From the IMG/VR virus record IMGVR_UViG_3300034104_005761: a stretch of 62,414 nucleotides of DNA, one strand, 5' to 3'. Below, piece by piece: positions 21,830 through 32,213 of this stretch (positions are counted from its first letter, which is position 1; every line of letters begins with the position of its first letter). A program made the position numbers and the translations under genes. The notes beneath the pieces were generated by a model. That model had not been told where the DNA came from. It did not search any database and saw only the letters and a list, made by a program, of their open reading frames with translations. This DNA is from a virus.

Positions 21830-22629
21830 TGAAACTAGTTACCCCAAAATCAATAAAAGATTTTCAAACATGTTCTCTGTTGTATGATTATAGATACAAT
21901 AAAGAAATGTCAGAAACAATAGGTAGTAGAGATATTCTATCTGAAAGATTTGAAAATACTTTAAAGGATATTATTTATTTTTTCTTTTATAAAAAGCAAG
22001 GAGGGTACACACCATCCTATGCCTCATTGTTAAATAGATGGGAAAAGCTTTGGTTTTCAAAAGATGTTTCTGCTTATGATATTATTACAGAGCAACACGA
22101 AAGCGCCTATGGAAATAATGCAAGCCTAACTTCAAAAGCTGCAGCAGTGCTACTGTCTTTTCATGAAGCTTTTTCTGATTCTTCTTCTATACCAATAGCA
22201 ATCAACGAAGAGTATATAATTCCAATTAGTCCAACTGTAAAGATAAAAGATAAGTTTGACATAATTCTTTCACATAATAATCAGTATTATGTTATAAAAT
22301 TAATGTTTAATTATAAAAATAGTCATCAATACATGTATCAAATAGATTTTGCTACCGCCTATTCTGCTTTTAATTTTAGACATCCTAATAGAATATCTAA
22401 AGCTAAAATAGGATACTGTGACCTTTTGTCTCCAAAAGTTTCTTTTAATGAGTATGATATTTTAGAAGAAGATATAGCAAATCTTAAATTTTGGTGTGAA
22501 GAAATAAAGACATGCGAAAAATTTATCCCAAGAAGAGGATTAACTTGGTACTGCAAACAGTGTCCTTTTGATAAACCATGTTCCAAGTGGTCTCCAAATT
22601 CTATGGAGATTGATCTTGAAAAAAAGTAA
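21829..22629 (+). CDS. PD-(D/E)XK nuclease-superfamily-like protein, apparently degenerate active site, C-terminal Cys cluster
   Basis: SIKDFQTCSLLYDYRY start and WYCKQCPFDKPCSKW end; the expected D-x-K catalytic strand reads FDIILSHNNQYYVIKLM. Confidence 0.6.
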   Translation: MKLVTPKSIKDFQTCSLLYDYRYNKEMSETIGSRDILSERFENTLKDIIYFFFYKKQGGYTPSYASLLNRWEKLWFSKDVSAYDIITEQHESAYGNNASLTSKAAAVLLSFHEAFSDSSSIPIAINEEYIIPISPTVKIKDKFDIILSHNNQYYVIKLMFNYKNSHQYMYQIDFATAYSAFNFRHPNRISKAKIGYCDLLSPKVSFNEYDILEEDIANLKFWCEEIKTCEKFIPRRGLTWYCKQCPFDKPCSKWSPNSMEIDLEKK

Positions 22630-22778
22630 AATAGGTTTTTTACTAAACGAAGAAAAAACACAAAAGATTTTAGCTATATCAAAATCATTTAAAAAAACTC
22701 CAGAAAAGTTTATTGATGATATAATTGACTCAACATACAGTAAGATAAAATTTATGGAATTAGAATGGGACGAAAAAG

Positions 22779-23462
22779 ATGACTGAAAACAATTCGATAT
22801 TAGATGATCTTCTTGGTGATGACAAGATATTTTCTTCTAATGAAGAAGAAGATAAAGTATTAGCCCCAATACTTGAAGAAATTAATTACATACAAGATCA
22901 ACAAATAAAATCATTTGTCAGATCAATACTTTTGCAGGCAAAAACATTTTGGTTGATACCATCAAGCTTTTCTGGAAAGTATCATCCATCTGATGAGCAC
23001 AATGCAAGCGGCAACATGCTACATACAAAAAGAGTTGTAAGAGCAGCTAAGGTTTTAGCAGACTCCTATACGCTAGGAACAGCAGAAAGAGATCTAGTGT
23101 ATGCTGCCTCTTTGTTGCACGATGTAACTAAAGGGGTTTCTTCTAATGGTGATTCGCAAGATTCTACTTTTGTCTATGATCCCCTTCATCCCTATACGGT
23201 AGGAATGCTGGTTAAAAAGTGTCAAGAAAATGACAAGAAGTACACATCTGATTCAAGTTCATCTACATTGTATTTAGACGAAGATACTGTTCAGTCAATA
23301 CTTAGGTTGGTCAGATGCCATCTGGGTCCCTGGTCTCCAGTTCCAGAAACAACTCCCGTAACTTACCTAGAAACAATAGTGCACATTGCCGACAATATAG
23401 CATCAAAAGTACATTACATAGTCGATGGAAATAATATCGTAGAAGACAGATGGAAGTTTTAG
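22779..23462 (+). CDS. HD-domain phosphohydrolase
   Basis: LHTKRVVRAAKVL..AASLLHDVTKG..HPYTVG..HIADNIASK. Confidence 0.8.
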   Translation: MTENNSILDDLLGDDKIFSSNEEEDKVLAPILEEINYIQDQQIKSFVRSILLQAKTFWLIPSSFSGKYHPSDEHNASGNMLHTKRVVRAAKVLADSYTLGTAERDLVYAASLLHDVTKGVSSNGDSQDSTFVYDPLHPYTVGMLVKKCQENDKKYTSDSSSSTLYLDEDTVQSILRLVRCHLGPWSPVPETTPVTYLETIVHIADNIASKVHYIVDGNNIVEDRWKF

Positions 23463-23629
23463 AAAACAAATTAGAAAACCCTTTAATCACAAGACTTGTT
23501 GCATTAAAGAACTTGGAACTTTATATAGAAGAATCTATTTACTATAGAACACATACAAATGAATTTAAGTCTGATAAAATTGTAGTTTGGACTTATGGAC
23601 AAGATTCGAGAAAGACAAAAGTTCTATGA
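23450..23629 (+). CDS. small hypothetical protein (59 aa)
   Basis: MEVLENKLENPLITRLVALKNLELYIEESIYYRTHTNEFKSDKIVVWTYGQDSRKTKVL; overlaps both neighbours (ATGA-type overlaps). Confidence 0.45.
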   Translation: MEVLENKLENPLITRLVALKNLELYIEESIYYRTHTNEFKSDKIVVWTYGQDSRKTKVL

Positions 23630-24834
23630 AGCTACCTATCGAAGAAGATAGATTTCTTGCACAATGGAAGTATGTTGAACTAGCTAGATACATTCCTAAT
23701 CTCAAAAGAGTTATTAGAGAAAAAGATCAAGATGGAACAATTTTATATGATATAAGGCGAGCAGCTTTATACTCAGACAAATATAATAACACTGGGATCT
23801 ATACATCAATATGGAATTATAATAGCGTAGATTTAAATTCTGCTACTAGGTTAGGTCCATTGTATTTTGATATAGACAATGAAAACATCATTAAGTCATG
23901 GGAAGAATGCAAGGTTCTGTATACCTATCTATCTTCTTATATACCAGAAGAATCTATAATAGTTTATTATACTGGCAAAAAAGGTTTTCATATAGAATGC
24001 GAACCTATTGCCTTGGGTATAGATCCATCCAACTCTCTGCATTCTGTGTATAGGTTCATAGCTACTGAGTTAGTATCAAAGCTTTCTTTAGAATCCTTAG
24101 ACTTCTCTGTATACGATGCAAGAAGAATGTGGAGAATGCCAGGCTCTAAGCACCAAGACACTGGTTTGTATAAAACAAAAATAGATAATGCAATTCTTTT
24201 TTCTTCTATTGAAAACATCACTAAGTACTCTTCTCAAAAGCAAAACAATGAAGTAGTTGATCAACAATTTAATTACACCGCCAACGAATGGTATAGAGAT
24301 TACGTTTATAAATTAGAAGAATCTAAAAATAAACCAGCAGACATACTTTCTCATTTCAATCAATATGGATCTTCTGGTCAAAAGACTTTTGAGCAGGGAG
24401 AAAAAGTTTTTGAAAAAGAAAAGTTACTAAATCACTGCAGTGCTGTTAAAAGATTAGAAGAGCAGGCAAAAAGTAAACATTATTTAGAGCATGAGGCAAG
24501 ACTGTTTTTGTGCTCAATATTGACATATTCAGAAGAAGCTGTTCAATACCTGCATGAGATACTAAGTAATTGTCATGATTACAATTTTTCAAAATCAACT
24601 GCCCATATAAATGACTGGATTAAAAGAAGAGAAATGGGTATTGGAGGCAGACCATACACATGTTTTAGGGCTAATTCAGCTGGCGTCGGATGTGGAGAAT
24701 GTGCTCTAGAGTCTAAGCCTAAGTGGGTTAAAGTTAATGGCAAGTTTATAGAAACAAATGAAAAGTCATCACCATCTCCAGTTAGATTTGCTTATTCAAC
24801 TAGAAAGGAGGTGAGCGATGCAAGAAGAAGATGA
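23626..24834 (+). CDS. AEP/PrimPol-like DNA primase (start probably 23626 rather than 23587)
   Basis: LGPLYFDIDNE, IIVYYTGKKGFHIECEP, YDARRMWRMPGSKH. Confidence 0.78.
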   Translation: MKLPIEEDRFLAQWKYVELARYIPNLKRVIREKDQDGTILYDIRRAALYSDKYNNTGIYTSIWNYNSVDLNSATRLGPLYFDIDNENIIKSWEECKVLYTYLSSYIPEESIIVYYTGKKGFHIECEPIALGIDPSNSLHSVYRFIATELVSKLSLESLDFSVYDARRMWRMPGSKHQDTGLYKTKIDNAILFSSIENITKYSSQKQNNEVVDQQFNYTANEWYRDYVYKLEESKNKPADILSHFNQYGSSGQKTFEQGEKVFEKEKLLNHCSAVKRLEEQAKSKHYLEHEARLFLCSILTYSEEAVQYLHEILSNCHDYNFSKSTAHINDWIKRREMGIGGRPYTCFRANSAGVGCGECALESKPKWVKVNGKFIETNEKSSPSPVRFAYSTRKEVSDARRR

Positions 24835-25015
24835 TGCAGTAGGAGTTTGTTCTGAATGTAGATCAGAGCAAACAGATAGTTCAATGTATAAGAATCCATT
24901 TGCTCAAGCAGGAATACCTCCTGCATGTAAGTATTGCGGTGGAGTTGTTGTCATAGTTTATAAAAGTCAAAAAGATAAATCCCTAGATCAATTAGATAGG
25001 GAAAGAGGAATTTAG
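24818..25015 (+). CDS. small zinc-ribbon protein
   Basis: VCSECRSEQ..ACKYCGG. Confidence 0.55.
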   Translation: MQEEDDAVGVCSECRSEQTDSSMYKNPFAQAGIPPACKYCGGVVVIVYKSQKDKSLDQLDRERGI

Positions 25016-28000
25016 TGAAAAATTGGACTAACCTTCATAATCATACCGTGTTCTCTATGTTGGATGGACATGGTGATGTAGAAGAATATCTTTCAAGAGC
25101 AAAGTCATTAGGTATGACAGGGCTAGCTACGACTGACCATGGAAATATACATTCATGGTTAGATTTTTACGATGCAGGAAAGAGTGTTGGGGTAAAACCT
25201 ATACTTGGTTCTGAATTCTATCAAGCAAGAAAGACTAGATTTGATAGAGATGAAGAAGAAAGATCAGGTCCATCTAAAAATGAATGGGAACAAAGAGGTC
25301 CATACCATATAACTATATTAGCTAAAAACAATATTGGCTATCATAATATTATAAAAATGTCTTCCAACTCTTTCTTAGAAGGATACTATGGAAAGCCAAG
25401 AATCGATCATGATCTAATCTCTGAACATAGTGAGGGGATTATAGTTCTGTCTGGCTGTTTAAATGGAGAGATAGCTCAAGCTCTTTTGAGAAACGATTAC
25501 GAGTTTGCTCTTTACTCTGCAAAAAGAATGCAAGATATTGTTGGTAAAGAAAATTATTTTATTGAGATTCAAGATCACGGCTTAGTTGAACAAAGAAAAA
25601 TAGCACAAGATTTAATAGACATAGCTAACAAAATAGGTGCAAAAATAATACCTACAGGAGACTGTCATTATGTACATCAATCAGATGCACAAGCCCATGA
25701 CATCATGTTATGTGTTGCAACAAACTCAAACATAAATACTCCAGACAGATTTTCTTTTTCTGGAGATGAGTTTTATCTACAATCCTATGAAGATATGTCA
25801 AGAAGATTTTCTGACGAGTGGCTTAAGAACACTATGCATGTCAATGACATGATAGATCTAGATTTAAACTTTGGTCAAATACACTTTCCTAACTTTCCTA
25901 TACCAACACAAGAGTCTTCTGTTGATTACTTTGAAAGACTAGCATGGGAGGGTTTAGCTAAGAAGTATGGCGATCCCTTACCTGAACATATTTTGTCTCG
26001 TGCACAACATGAAATAAGAGTTGTTAAAGAAATGGGATTTCCTGAATACTTCTTGGTTGTTTCAGACTTAGTTAGATGGGCTAAGAATAATGATATTAGA
26101 GTTGGATGGGGTAGAGGATCTGCTGCAGGAAGCGTTCTATCCTATGCATTTGATATTACTAATTTGGATCCAATTAGGTTTGGACTTATGTTTGAGAGAT
26201 TCCTTGTCGAAGGAAGAAAGTCAATGCCTGACATCGACTTAGACTTTGATGATAGACATAGAGATAAGGTAATTGAGTATGCAAGATCTAAATATGGAGA
26301 TGATAAAGTAGCTCATATATGCACCTTTAATAGAACTGGAGCTAGACAATCTCTACGTGATGCAGCAAGAGCTCTGGGCTATGAATTTTCTGGTGGAGAT
26401 AAGATAGCCAAGTTAGTTCCACCACCAGTTTTAGGCGTTTCTAAGTCTCTCTCAGAGTGCATGCAAGTGCAAGAGTTTGTATCAGAGTACAATGCTAATA
26501 CAGATTCAAAAAAGATCGTCGATGCTGCTTTAGGATTAGAGGGTTTAGTTAGACAGACTGGTATTCACGCAGCTGGAATAGTTATATCTAAAGATAAACT
26601 AATAGAGTATCTTCCTATTATGAAAAAGGGTTCAGATAACCCAGTAGTAACCCAATGGGATATGGGTAGAGTTGAGCAATGTGGCCTTTTAAAGATTGAC
26701 TTCTTAGGTCTCAGAAACCTAGGAGTTATAGACTCTTGTATAAAGTTAGTGCTAGAAAATAAAAACATAGAAATAGATGTGGACAAAATCCCTCTAGATG
26801 ATGAATTAACTTTTATCGAACTGCAAAAGGGAAATGCTATAGGCGTTTTCCAGCTTGAGTCTCCTGGCATGAGACAGTTAATGGTTCAACTAAAGCCTCA
26901 AAATATTGAAGACATCATGGCTTTAATATCACTTTACAGACCTGGTCCAATGGGTTCAGGAATGGATAAGCTTTATATTGATAGAAAGCACGGCAAGTCT
27001 AGAATTCAATATGATCATCCTAAGCTAGAAAAGGTCTTAGGCCCTTCTCTAGGCATTATGTTGTACCAAGAAGATGTACTTGGAGTTGCAAGAGAGTTAG
27101 CTGGATTTTCTTCTGCTGAAGCCGATGATCTAAGAAAAGTCATTGGTAAAAAGCTAATGGATAAAATAGCTTTATTTAGAAGTAAGTTCGTAAAAGGTTG
27201 TGTTGAACACTCTGGTTTATCTGAAGATAAAGCCAATAAGATTTATTCCGACATTGAATATTTTGGTGGGTATGGTTTCAACAGAGCGCATGCTGCAAGT
27301 TATGCCATGATCTCATATGTAACGGCATACTTAAAAGTTAACTTTACAGCAGAGTACATGGCTGCTTTAATGAGTTCTGTTTTAGGCAACAAGGAAAAGC
27401 AACCGCTCTATCTTTCTGATTGTAGAAAGCTAGGTATTAAAGTTCTTCCGCCATCTATCAATAGATCTGGAAAAGATTTTAATGTTTTAGATAATCACAA
27501 TATTATTTTTGGACTTTCCGCAATAAATGGAATTGGTGATTCAATTGCTGAAGCAATCATAAACTGTAGAGATTTAAAGAATCCCTATAAAAACATTTAT
27601 GATTTCTTTAGAAGATGCGATTCTTCTATATTAAAGAAATCAACTCTCGAACATCTTGCTACATCTGGAGCCTTAGATGAGTTAATTGAAGTCAGTGATG
27701 GAATTGAAATTCAAAGAAGAGAAGAACTTTCTCTTTTAGAAAAAGAAAAAGAAGAACTAGGAATATATGTTTCTAAGCACCCTATGGAAGGGTTAGTAGA
27801 TTCTATAGCTCCACAGGTTGATAGTGAAATTATAGATGTCCTAGAAGGTCACAATGGATCTAATATAAGAGTCGGTGGAATTATAACTTCTGTTAAAAAG
27901 ATCATAACAAAAAAGGGTCAAAAGATGTTTAAACTTCTAGTAGAAGATCTTTCTGCTGAAGTAGAGATTATAATTTTTCCAAGAGAAGCTAAGTCAATAG

Positions 28001-28341
28001 AAGATAACTTTTTTTCTAACGGTGATGTTTTTGTTTTCTCTGGATCAGTGAATAGAGAAAACGACGACGAAAAATCAATTGTAAAAATATTTTATAATTC
28101 ATCTCAAAAAATAGACACGGACAAAGCAATTGGAGTTAAGTCTATAATGTTAGAATTAAATGCTCCCCCTTCTTTAGAGTTGATACAAAAACTCTATGAT
28201 ATAATAGAAGTTACAAATGGTTCTGCATACGTATATATTCAGTACGTAGAAGAAAATAAAAAAATAACTTTTAAGTTTAATAAAACTACTTCATTAAAGA
28301 TAGAAGATAATCTAAAAGAAATGATAAAGATAGGAAATTAA
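25015..28341 (+). CDS. dnaE: DNA polymerase III alpha subunit (DnaE-type)
   Basis: NLHNHTVFSMLDG PHP N-terminus, GRGSAAGSVLSYAF, MPDIDLDFDDRHRDKVIEY, GLVRQTGIHAAGI. Confidence 0.96.
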   Translation: MKNWTNLHNHTVFSMLDGHGDVEEYLSRAKSLGMTGLATTDHGNIHSWLDFYDAGKSVGVKPILGSEFYQARKTRFDRDEEERSGPSKNEWEQRGPYHITILAKNNIGYHNIIKMSSNSFLEGYYGKPRIDHDLISEHSEGIIVLSGCLNGEIAQALLRNDYEFALYSAKRMQDIVGKENYFIEIQDHGLVEQRKIAQDLIDIANKIGAKIIPTGDCHYVHQSDAQAHDIMLCVATNSNINTPDRFSFSGDEFYLQSYEDMSRRFSDEWLKNTMHVNDMIDLDLNFGQIHFPNFPIPTQESSVDYFERLAWEGLAKKYGDPLPEHILSRAQHEIRVVKEMGFPEYFLVVSDLVRWAKNNDIRVGWGRGSAAGSVLSYAFDITNLDPIRFGLMFERFLVEGRKSMPDIDLDFDDRHRDKVIEYARSKYGDDKVAHICTFNRTGARQSLRDAARALGYEFSGGDKIAKLVPPPVLGVSKSLSECMQVQEFVSEYNANTDSKKIVDAALGLEGLVRQTGIHAAGIVISKDKLIEYLPIMKKGSDNPVVTQWDMGRVEQCGLLKIDFLGLRNLGVIDSCIKLVLENKNIEIDVDKIPLDDELTFIELQKGNAIGVFQLESPGMRQLMVQLKPQNIEDIMALISLYRPGPMGSGMDKLYIDRKHGKSRIQYDHPKLEKVLGPSLGIMLYQEDVLGVARELAGFSSAEADDLRKVIGKKLMDKIALFRSKFVKGCVEHSGLSEDKANKIYSDIEYFGGYGFNRAHAASYAMISYVTAYLKVNFTAEYMAALMSSVLGNKEKQPLYLSDCRKLGIKVLPPSINRSGKDFNVLDNHNIIFGLSAINGIGDSIAEAIINCRDLKNPYKNIYDFFRRCDSSILKKSTLEHLATSGALDELIEVSDGIEIQRREELSLLEKEKEELGIYVSKHPMEGLVDSIAPQVDSEIIDVLEGHNGSNIRVGGIITSVKKIITKKGQKMFKLLVEDLSAEVEIIIFPREAKSIEDNFFSNGDVFVFSGSVNRENDDEKSIVKIFYNSSQKIDTDKAIGVKSIMLELNAPPSLELIQKLYDIIEVTNGSAYVYIQYVEENKKITFKFNKTTSLKIEDNLKEMIKIGN

Positions 28342-28342
28342 A

Positions 28343-28711
28343 ATGAGCTTACCTGGAACATATTTAAATCCAACAGAAAAACCATGTTGGTCTTTCTGTA
28401 CATCTTGCAATAGATGTCAGGATAAAGGTAGATACTCTAAGTGTAGAGACTGCAGTGGTCGATATGACCCATTGGGAAAAACTGATCCACATCCTGAAGA
28501 TTTCTGCGACTGCAGAAACGGAGTTTTAAGATGGAGAACACAAGAGGGAAGATTGATCATTACTAGATTTAAATCTAACCCATTTAAAGGTACTGTCCAG
28601 TACGATAAAAAGTCTGAAGATGAAAGAGACTGGGACTCTTACGTCAGAGACATGAGAGAGAAAATGGACGATCCAAATTGGAATCCGATTACGATTGTAG
28701 ATGAAGACTAA
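28343..28711 (+). CDS. Cys-rich zinc-binding-like protein
   Basis: CWSFCTSCNRCQDKGRYSKCRDC..CDCRNG. Confidence 0.55.
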   Translation: MSLPGTYLNPTEKPCWSFCTSCNRCQDKGRYSKCRDCSGRYDPLGKTDPHPEDFCDCRNGVLRWRTQEGRLIITRFKSNPFKGTVQYDKKSEDERDWDSYVRDMREKMDDPNWNPITIVDED

Positions 28712-28925
28712 GATGAATAAAGCTAAAATTGGAACAATAAAAAAGAATGATATAAAAATCACTGAATATGATTCAGGAACTCATTCATACTCAGATAAAT
28801 TTTTTATTCAATCTGGACCAATAGGTTTTTGGGCTACTGAAAAAGAGTTAAAAGATTTATATATAGTTTTAAATTACTATTTAAATATAGAAACATTTTC
28901 TGAAGTTGAGGTAGAAGTTGAGTGA
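28701..28925 (+). CDS. hypothetical protein
   Basis: ORF in operon with overlapping stop/start. Confidence 0.4.
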   Translation: MKTKMNKAKIGTIKKNDIKITEYDSGTHSYSDKFFIQSGPIGFWATEKELKDLYIVLNYYLNIETFSEVEVEVE

Positions 28926-29100
28926 TAATAATTGGCCCTACAGTGATGATGACTTTATGGAACTGGGAGACACTGGATGGATTCCAGTAGGAGAAGGAGT
29001 CTATAAGAACAAATACAATGGTCATATAGTAGATGAGCTTGGCCGAGAGTATGATCAAAACGGAATGCTCATATATGATCCAGAAAGTGAACAAAATTAA
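28918..29100 (+). CDS. hypothetical protein
   Basis: ORF in operon with overlapping stop/start. Confidence 0.4.
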   Translation: MSDNNWPYSDDDFMELGDTGWIPVGEGVYKNKYNGHIVDELGREYDQNGMLIYDPESEQN

Positions 29101-29901
29101 TGCCTATTACAATTAAGTCAATTGATCAAGTTTCAGATTTTGAAAGGTTGTCTCTTATAGATTTTAGTTATTCTAGAATTGACACATACAAAAGCTGTCC
29201 ATCAAAATATTTTTATACATATATCCAAAAAGAACCTAGGGGTTTTGGCGAAGCAGCCACTCTTCGGAAATATTGTACACTCAGTTTTAGAGACATGTAT
29301 TGAGCCCGAAAAGAAACTAGACTATGACCAAATGCATGAACTCTATGTGGAGAATATTGCATCTTATGATCCTGAAAATAAAATATCTGAGGTATTATTA
29401 ACTGCTGGTAGCCAAATACTAGATGACTTTTATGATGAATATCAGGATACTATATTTGATGTTTATGATAAAGAATATGGATTTTCATTTGTAATAGGAT
29501 CTTATTTGGTTGTTGGGTATATCGATAGAATAGATATAGTTGATGAAAACAATATTAAAATCATAGACTATAAAACAGGTAAGTGGGAAGTAACCCAAAA
29601 AGATGTGAAGAATAATCTGCAGCTTGGTATATACGCAGTGGCTGTCTCAAGAGCTTTTCCTGGTAAGACTATAACAGCAGAGCTTCATTATCTAAGATCT
29701 GGCAAGAAAAAAGGTCACACCTATACTGAAGAAGATCTAGAACAAGTTAAAGTTAATCTAATAAATTCTATTACTGAAATCATTGAGGATAAATCTTTTC
29801 TTCCAACAAAGAATGAAAGAATATGTAGTTACTGTGATCACGCTCAATCAGGAGCTTGTAATACGGGAACTTTTAGATTAAAGAAAAAAGCAAAAGCTTA
29901 A
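29100..29901 (+). CDS. RecB-family PD-(D/E)XK nuclease read through a +1 shift at CGGA 29265-29268
   Basis: SYSRIDTYKSCPSKYFYTYIQKEPRGFGEAATL-G-NIVHSVLETCIEPEKK..GYIDRIDIVDENNIKIIDYKTGK..CSYCDHAQSGAC. Confidence 0.88.
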
Positions 29902-29914
29902 TAGGACAATAAAA

Positions 29915-29942
29915 AAACCCCCTCCAAAAGGAGGGGGTTTAA
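29915..29942. terminator. bidirectional terminator between convergent genes
   Basis: AAACCCCCTCC-AAAA-GGAGGGGGTTT. Confidence 0.88.
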
Positions 29943-29953
29943 TTGTTTACTAA

Positions 29954-30139
29954 TTAAAATGAATTGTTCTCAGAAACTGGGAACTGAGCAGCGTCTGCAA
30001 CCAAGTCAAAATCACTGAATTCACTTACAACCTTGGTTGCTTCTTGGTGTGAGTAACCAATCTTTGTGAGGTCAGAGATGATCTCTTCGTTGATTTCCAT
30101 GTTAATTGTATTGATGAGTGTTTCTAATGTTGTATTCAT
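29954..30139 (-). CDS. small hypothetical protein
   Basis: 61 aa ORF convergent on the terminator: MNTTLETLINTINMEINEEIISDLTKIGYSHQEATKVV.. Confidence 0.5.
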   Translation of the reverse strand: MNTTLETLINTINMEINEEIISDLTKIGYSHQEATKVVSEFSDFDLVADAAQFPVSENNSF

Positions 30140-30255
30140 GGTGTTTATCTTACCTTCTGTTTGGTTCGGTCTGCAACCTTTTTTGCAGATTTCTTGTTTT
30201 TTTTTAATTTTTACTTTATAATTAGTGGTAGTTCTTATTACGTATAGAGGATATC

Positions 30256-30823
30256 ATGAAAGACCTATCAGTTGTCAAGCCAGAAGAGTATTTTCTTCAG
30301 ATTTCTCCTTTGAGGAAAAACCCTGACTTTAATAAGCTTTTTGCCCTAGACATGGAAGCTAATATTGTACAGGAAAAAGTTGTGAAAAAAGGTGGAAGAG
30401 GAAACTCTTACCAACACACTAACACTGGATACAGAAGTGATCTTGGAATTAATTTAAGATCTAATTGGGAAGCTAATTTCGCTAGAATATTAAATAAATA
30501 TAAGATTGAATTTCAATTTGAACCAATCGTATTTACTTTCCCAATAAAGAAACGGAACAAAAGCTTACACTCCGGATTTCTTTATGGACAAAGATCAATC
30601 TTGGGTTGAGATAAAAGGATATCTAGATGATAAGAGTAAGATCAAACTCAAAAGATTCAAGAGATACTATAAAAAAGAGTTTGATAAATTAACATTTATA
30701 ATCAGCAAGTACTCAACAGACGCAAAGAATTTCGCACAAGAAATAGAAATTCCAAACGTAATGTTTTATGAAGATATCAGAAGTGCTTACGCTGATAAAA
30801 TATTTTATTGGGAAGGAAAATAG
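30256..30823 (+). CDS. PD-(D/E)XK (resolvase/TnsA-like) nuclease read through a +1 shift at CGGA 30553-30556
   Basis: RSNWEANFARILNKYKIEFQFEPIVFTFPIKK-G-TKAYTPDFFMDKDQSWVEIKGYLDDKSKIKLKRF; catalytic D and E-x-K lie after the shift. Confidence 0.85.
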
Positions 30824-31715
30824 ATGGCAGCTTATAAGGAGCAGTACTACAATCTTGCAGAAGACGAGATGCAGGAACTAATAGCAAAAGCTAAAACAGG
30901 TAATCAAAAAGCTCAGATGGAGCTTTTAAAAGTTTTTAATAACTTTTTAACTAAGTATACAACTATGATTTATTATGGAAAATATAATCTCAACGATTAC
31001 GACATCAGAAGATTCACATCTTTGTTTGTTAAGGATTCATATGTCAGATTTGCCTTGATGAAAAATAAGTTAAACACAGCAGGATACAAGCATGTTAACG
31101 AATGTCTTCGACGGAATAACTTATATGGCTAAAAGATACGGAGACGAAGAGGATGTCAGACAAACAGTTGATATGACATTCTTTCAGTGTATAACTAGAT
31201 ACCAGAGAAGAGATTCCGAAAAAGGACCTATTCCTTTTAGTGGTTTTTTATACAGTTATTTTTTCTATCTTTTGAAAAAAAATGTAGACACATTTTTAAT
31301 TGATCAACTTGGAAGAAAGAGTTTTCCACTCCTTGATGATGAATCTAACGAAGAAGATCAAGATCAAAACTCTCCTGGATTCAAAGCTCCTGCTATTGAT
31401 GTTGACATGGACAAACTACTTGCAACAGAAGACATTAATGAATTCTGGGTTTTAGGAGAATCCTGCTCACAACCTTTTGATCAACTATCTATTCAGGAAA
31501 GACAACTGTTAAAATGGAGATACGTTGATGGATTAAGGTCTAGCGAAATCAGCAAAAAAATAACAGAGCATCCAAATACAGTTAGAGAACACTTATCGAA
31601 AGTACGCAATAGAATAAAAGATATTGTGGTAAACTCTAATCTAGAAGATATAATGTACATCTTTAAAGCAAAAGAAGGTAAGAATGAACCTGCAATCAAT
31701 GCAGAAGCTGAATGA
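30824..31715 (+). CDS. sigma-70-like RNA polymerase sigma factor read through a +1 shift at CGGA 31112-31115
   Basis: N-terminal LIAKAKTGNQKAQMELLKVFNNFL..; after shift ..NECLR-G-ITYMAKRYGDEEDVRQTVDMTFFQCITRY..LSIQERQLLKWRYVDGLRSSEISKKITEHPNTVREHLSKVRNRI. Confidence 0.85.
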
Positions 31716-32199
31716 ATTATTATCTGAGTTTATAGATCCGCAGATAAGAGAAGTAGTTGAAGCATACGCTTCTGGAAATAAAGATGGCGAATACTTTATC
31801 ACCATCCCTGATATGGATGTCGTCGACCTGTCAATAGGTCAGCTAGCATCTCTAGTAGCTAGAAGCTCAAACGTATATGGTAGAGTTACTCGATTTGCTG
31901 GAATGGCTAGAGCTCACTACAAGATTATAGAAGGTAGATATAAGAAGGTTTATAAAGCCAACAGAGTAGGCAAGAATGAAGCTGAGAGAGAGGCTAACGC
32001 TCTAGAGGCTGCAGAGAATGAATACATGGCTTTAGTTACTGCAGAAGCAATTGTGAACTTAGCAGAATCAATGGAGTCTGCAGCTAGAATTTCTTCAGAA
32101 TCTTGTAGAAAGTTAATTGATAAGGTTCAATCAATGCAGATTGCTTCAGCCAGAGAAGAAAAAGGTTTTTATTCTGAAAATGATTTCAGTACTTATTAA
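31684..32199 (+). CDS. hypothetical helical protein (start uncertain)
   Basis: 171 aa ORF. Confidence 0.5.
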   Translation: MNLQSMQKLNELLSEFIDPQIREVVEAYASGNKDGEYFITIPDMDVVDLSIGQLASLVARSSNVYGRVTRFAGMARAHYKIIEGRYKKVYKANRVGKNEAEREANALEAAENEYMALVTAEAIVNLAESMESAARISSESCRKLIDKVQSMQIASAREEKGFYSENDFSTY

Positions 32200-32213
32200 A
32201 AAGGAATTAGTTA

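Noticed and set aside
24818-29303. ORFs 26565..26870 (-), 27015..27236 (-), 28526..28762 (-), 28834..29094 (-)
   Set aside because: Antisense to dnaE and neighbours, no plausible homology.
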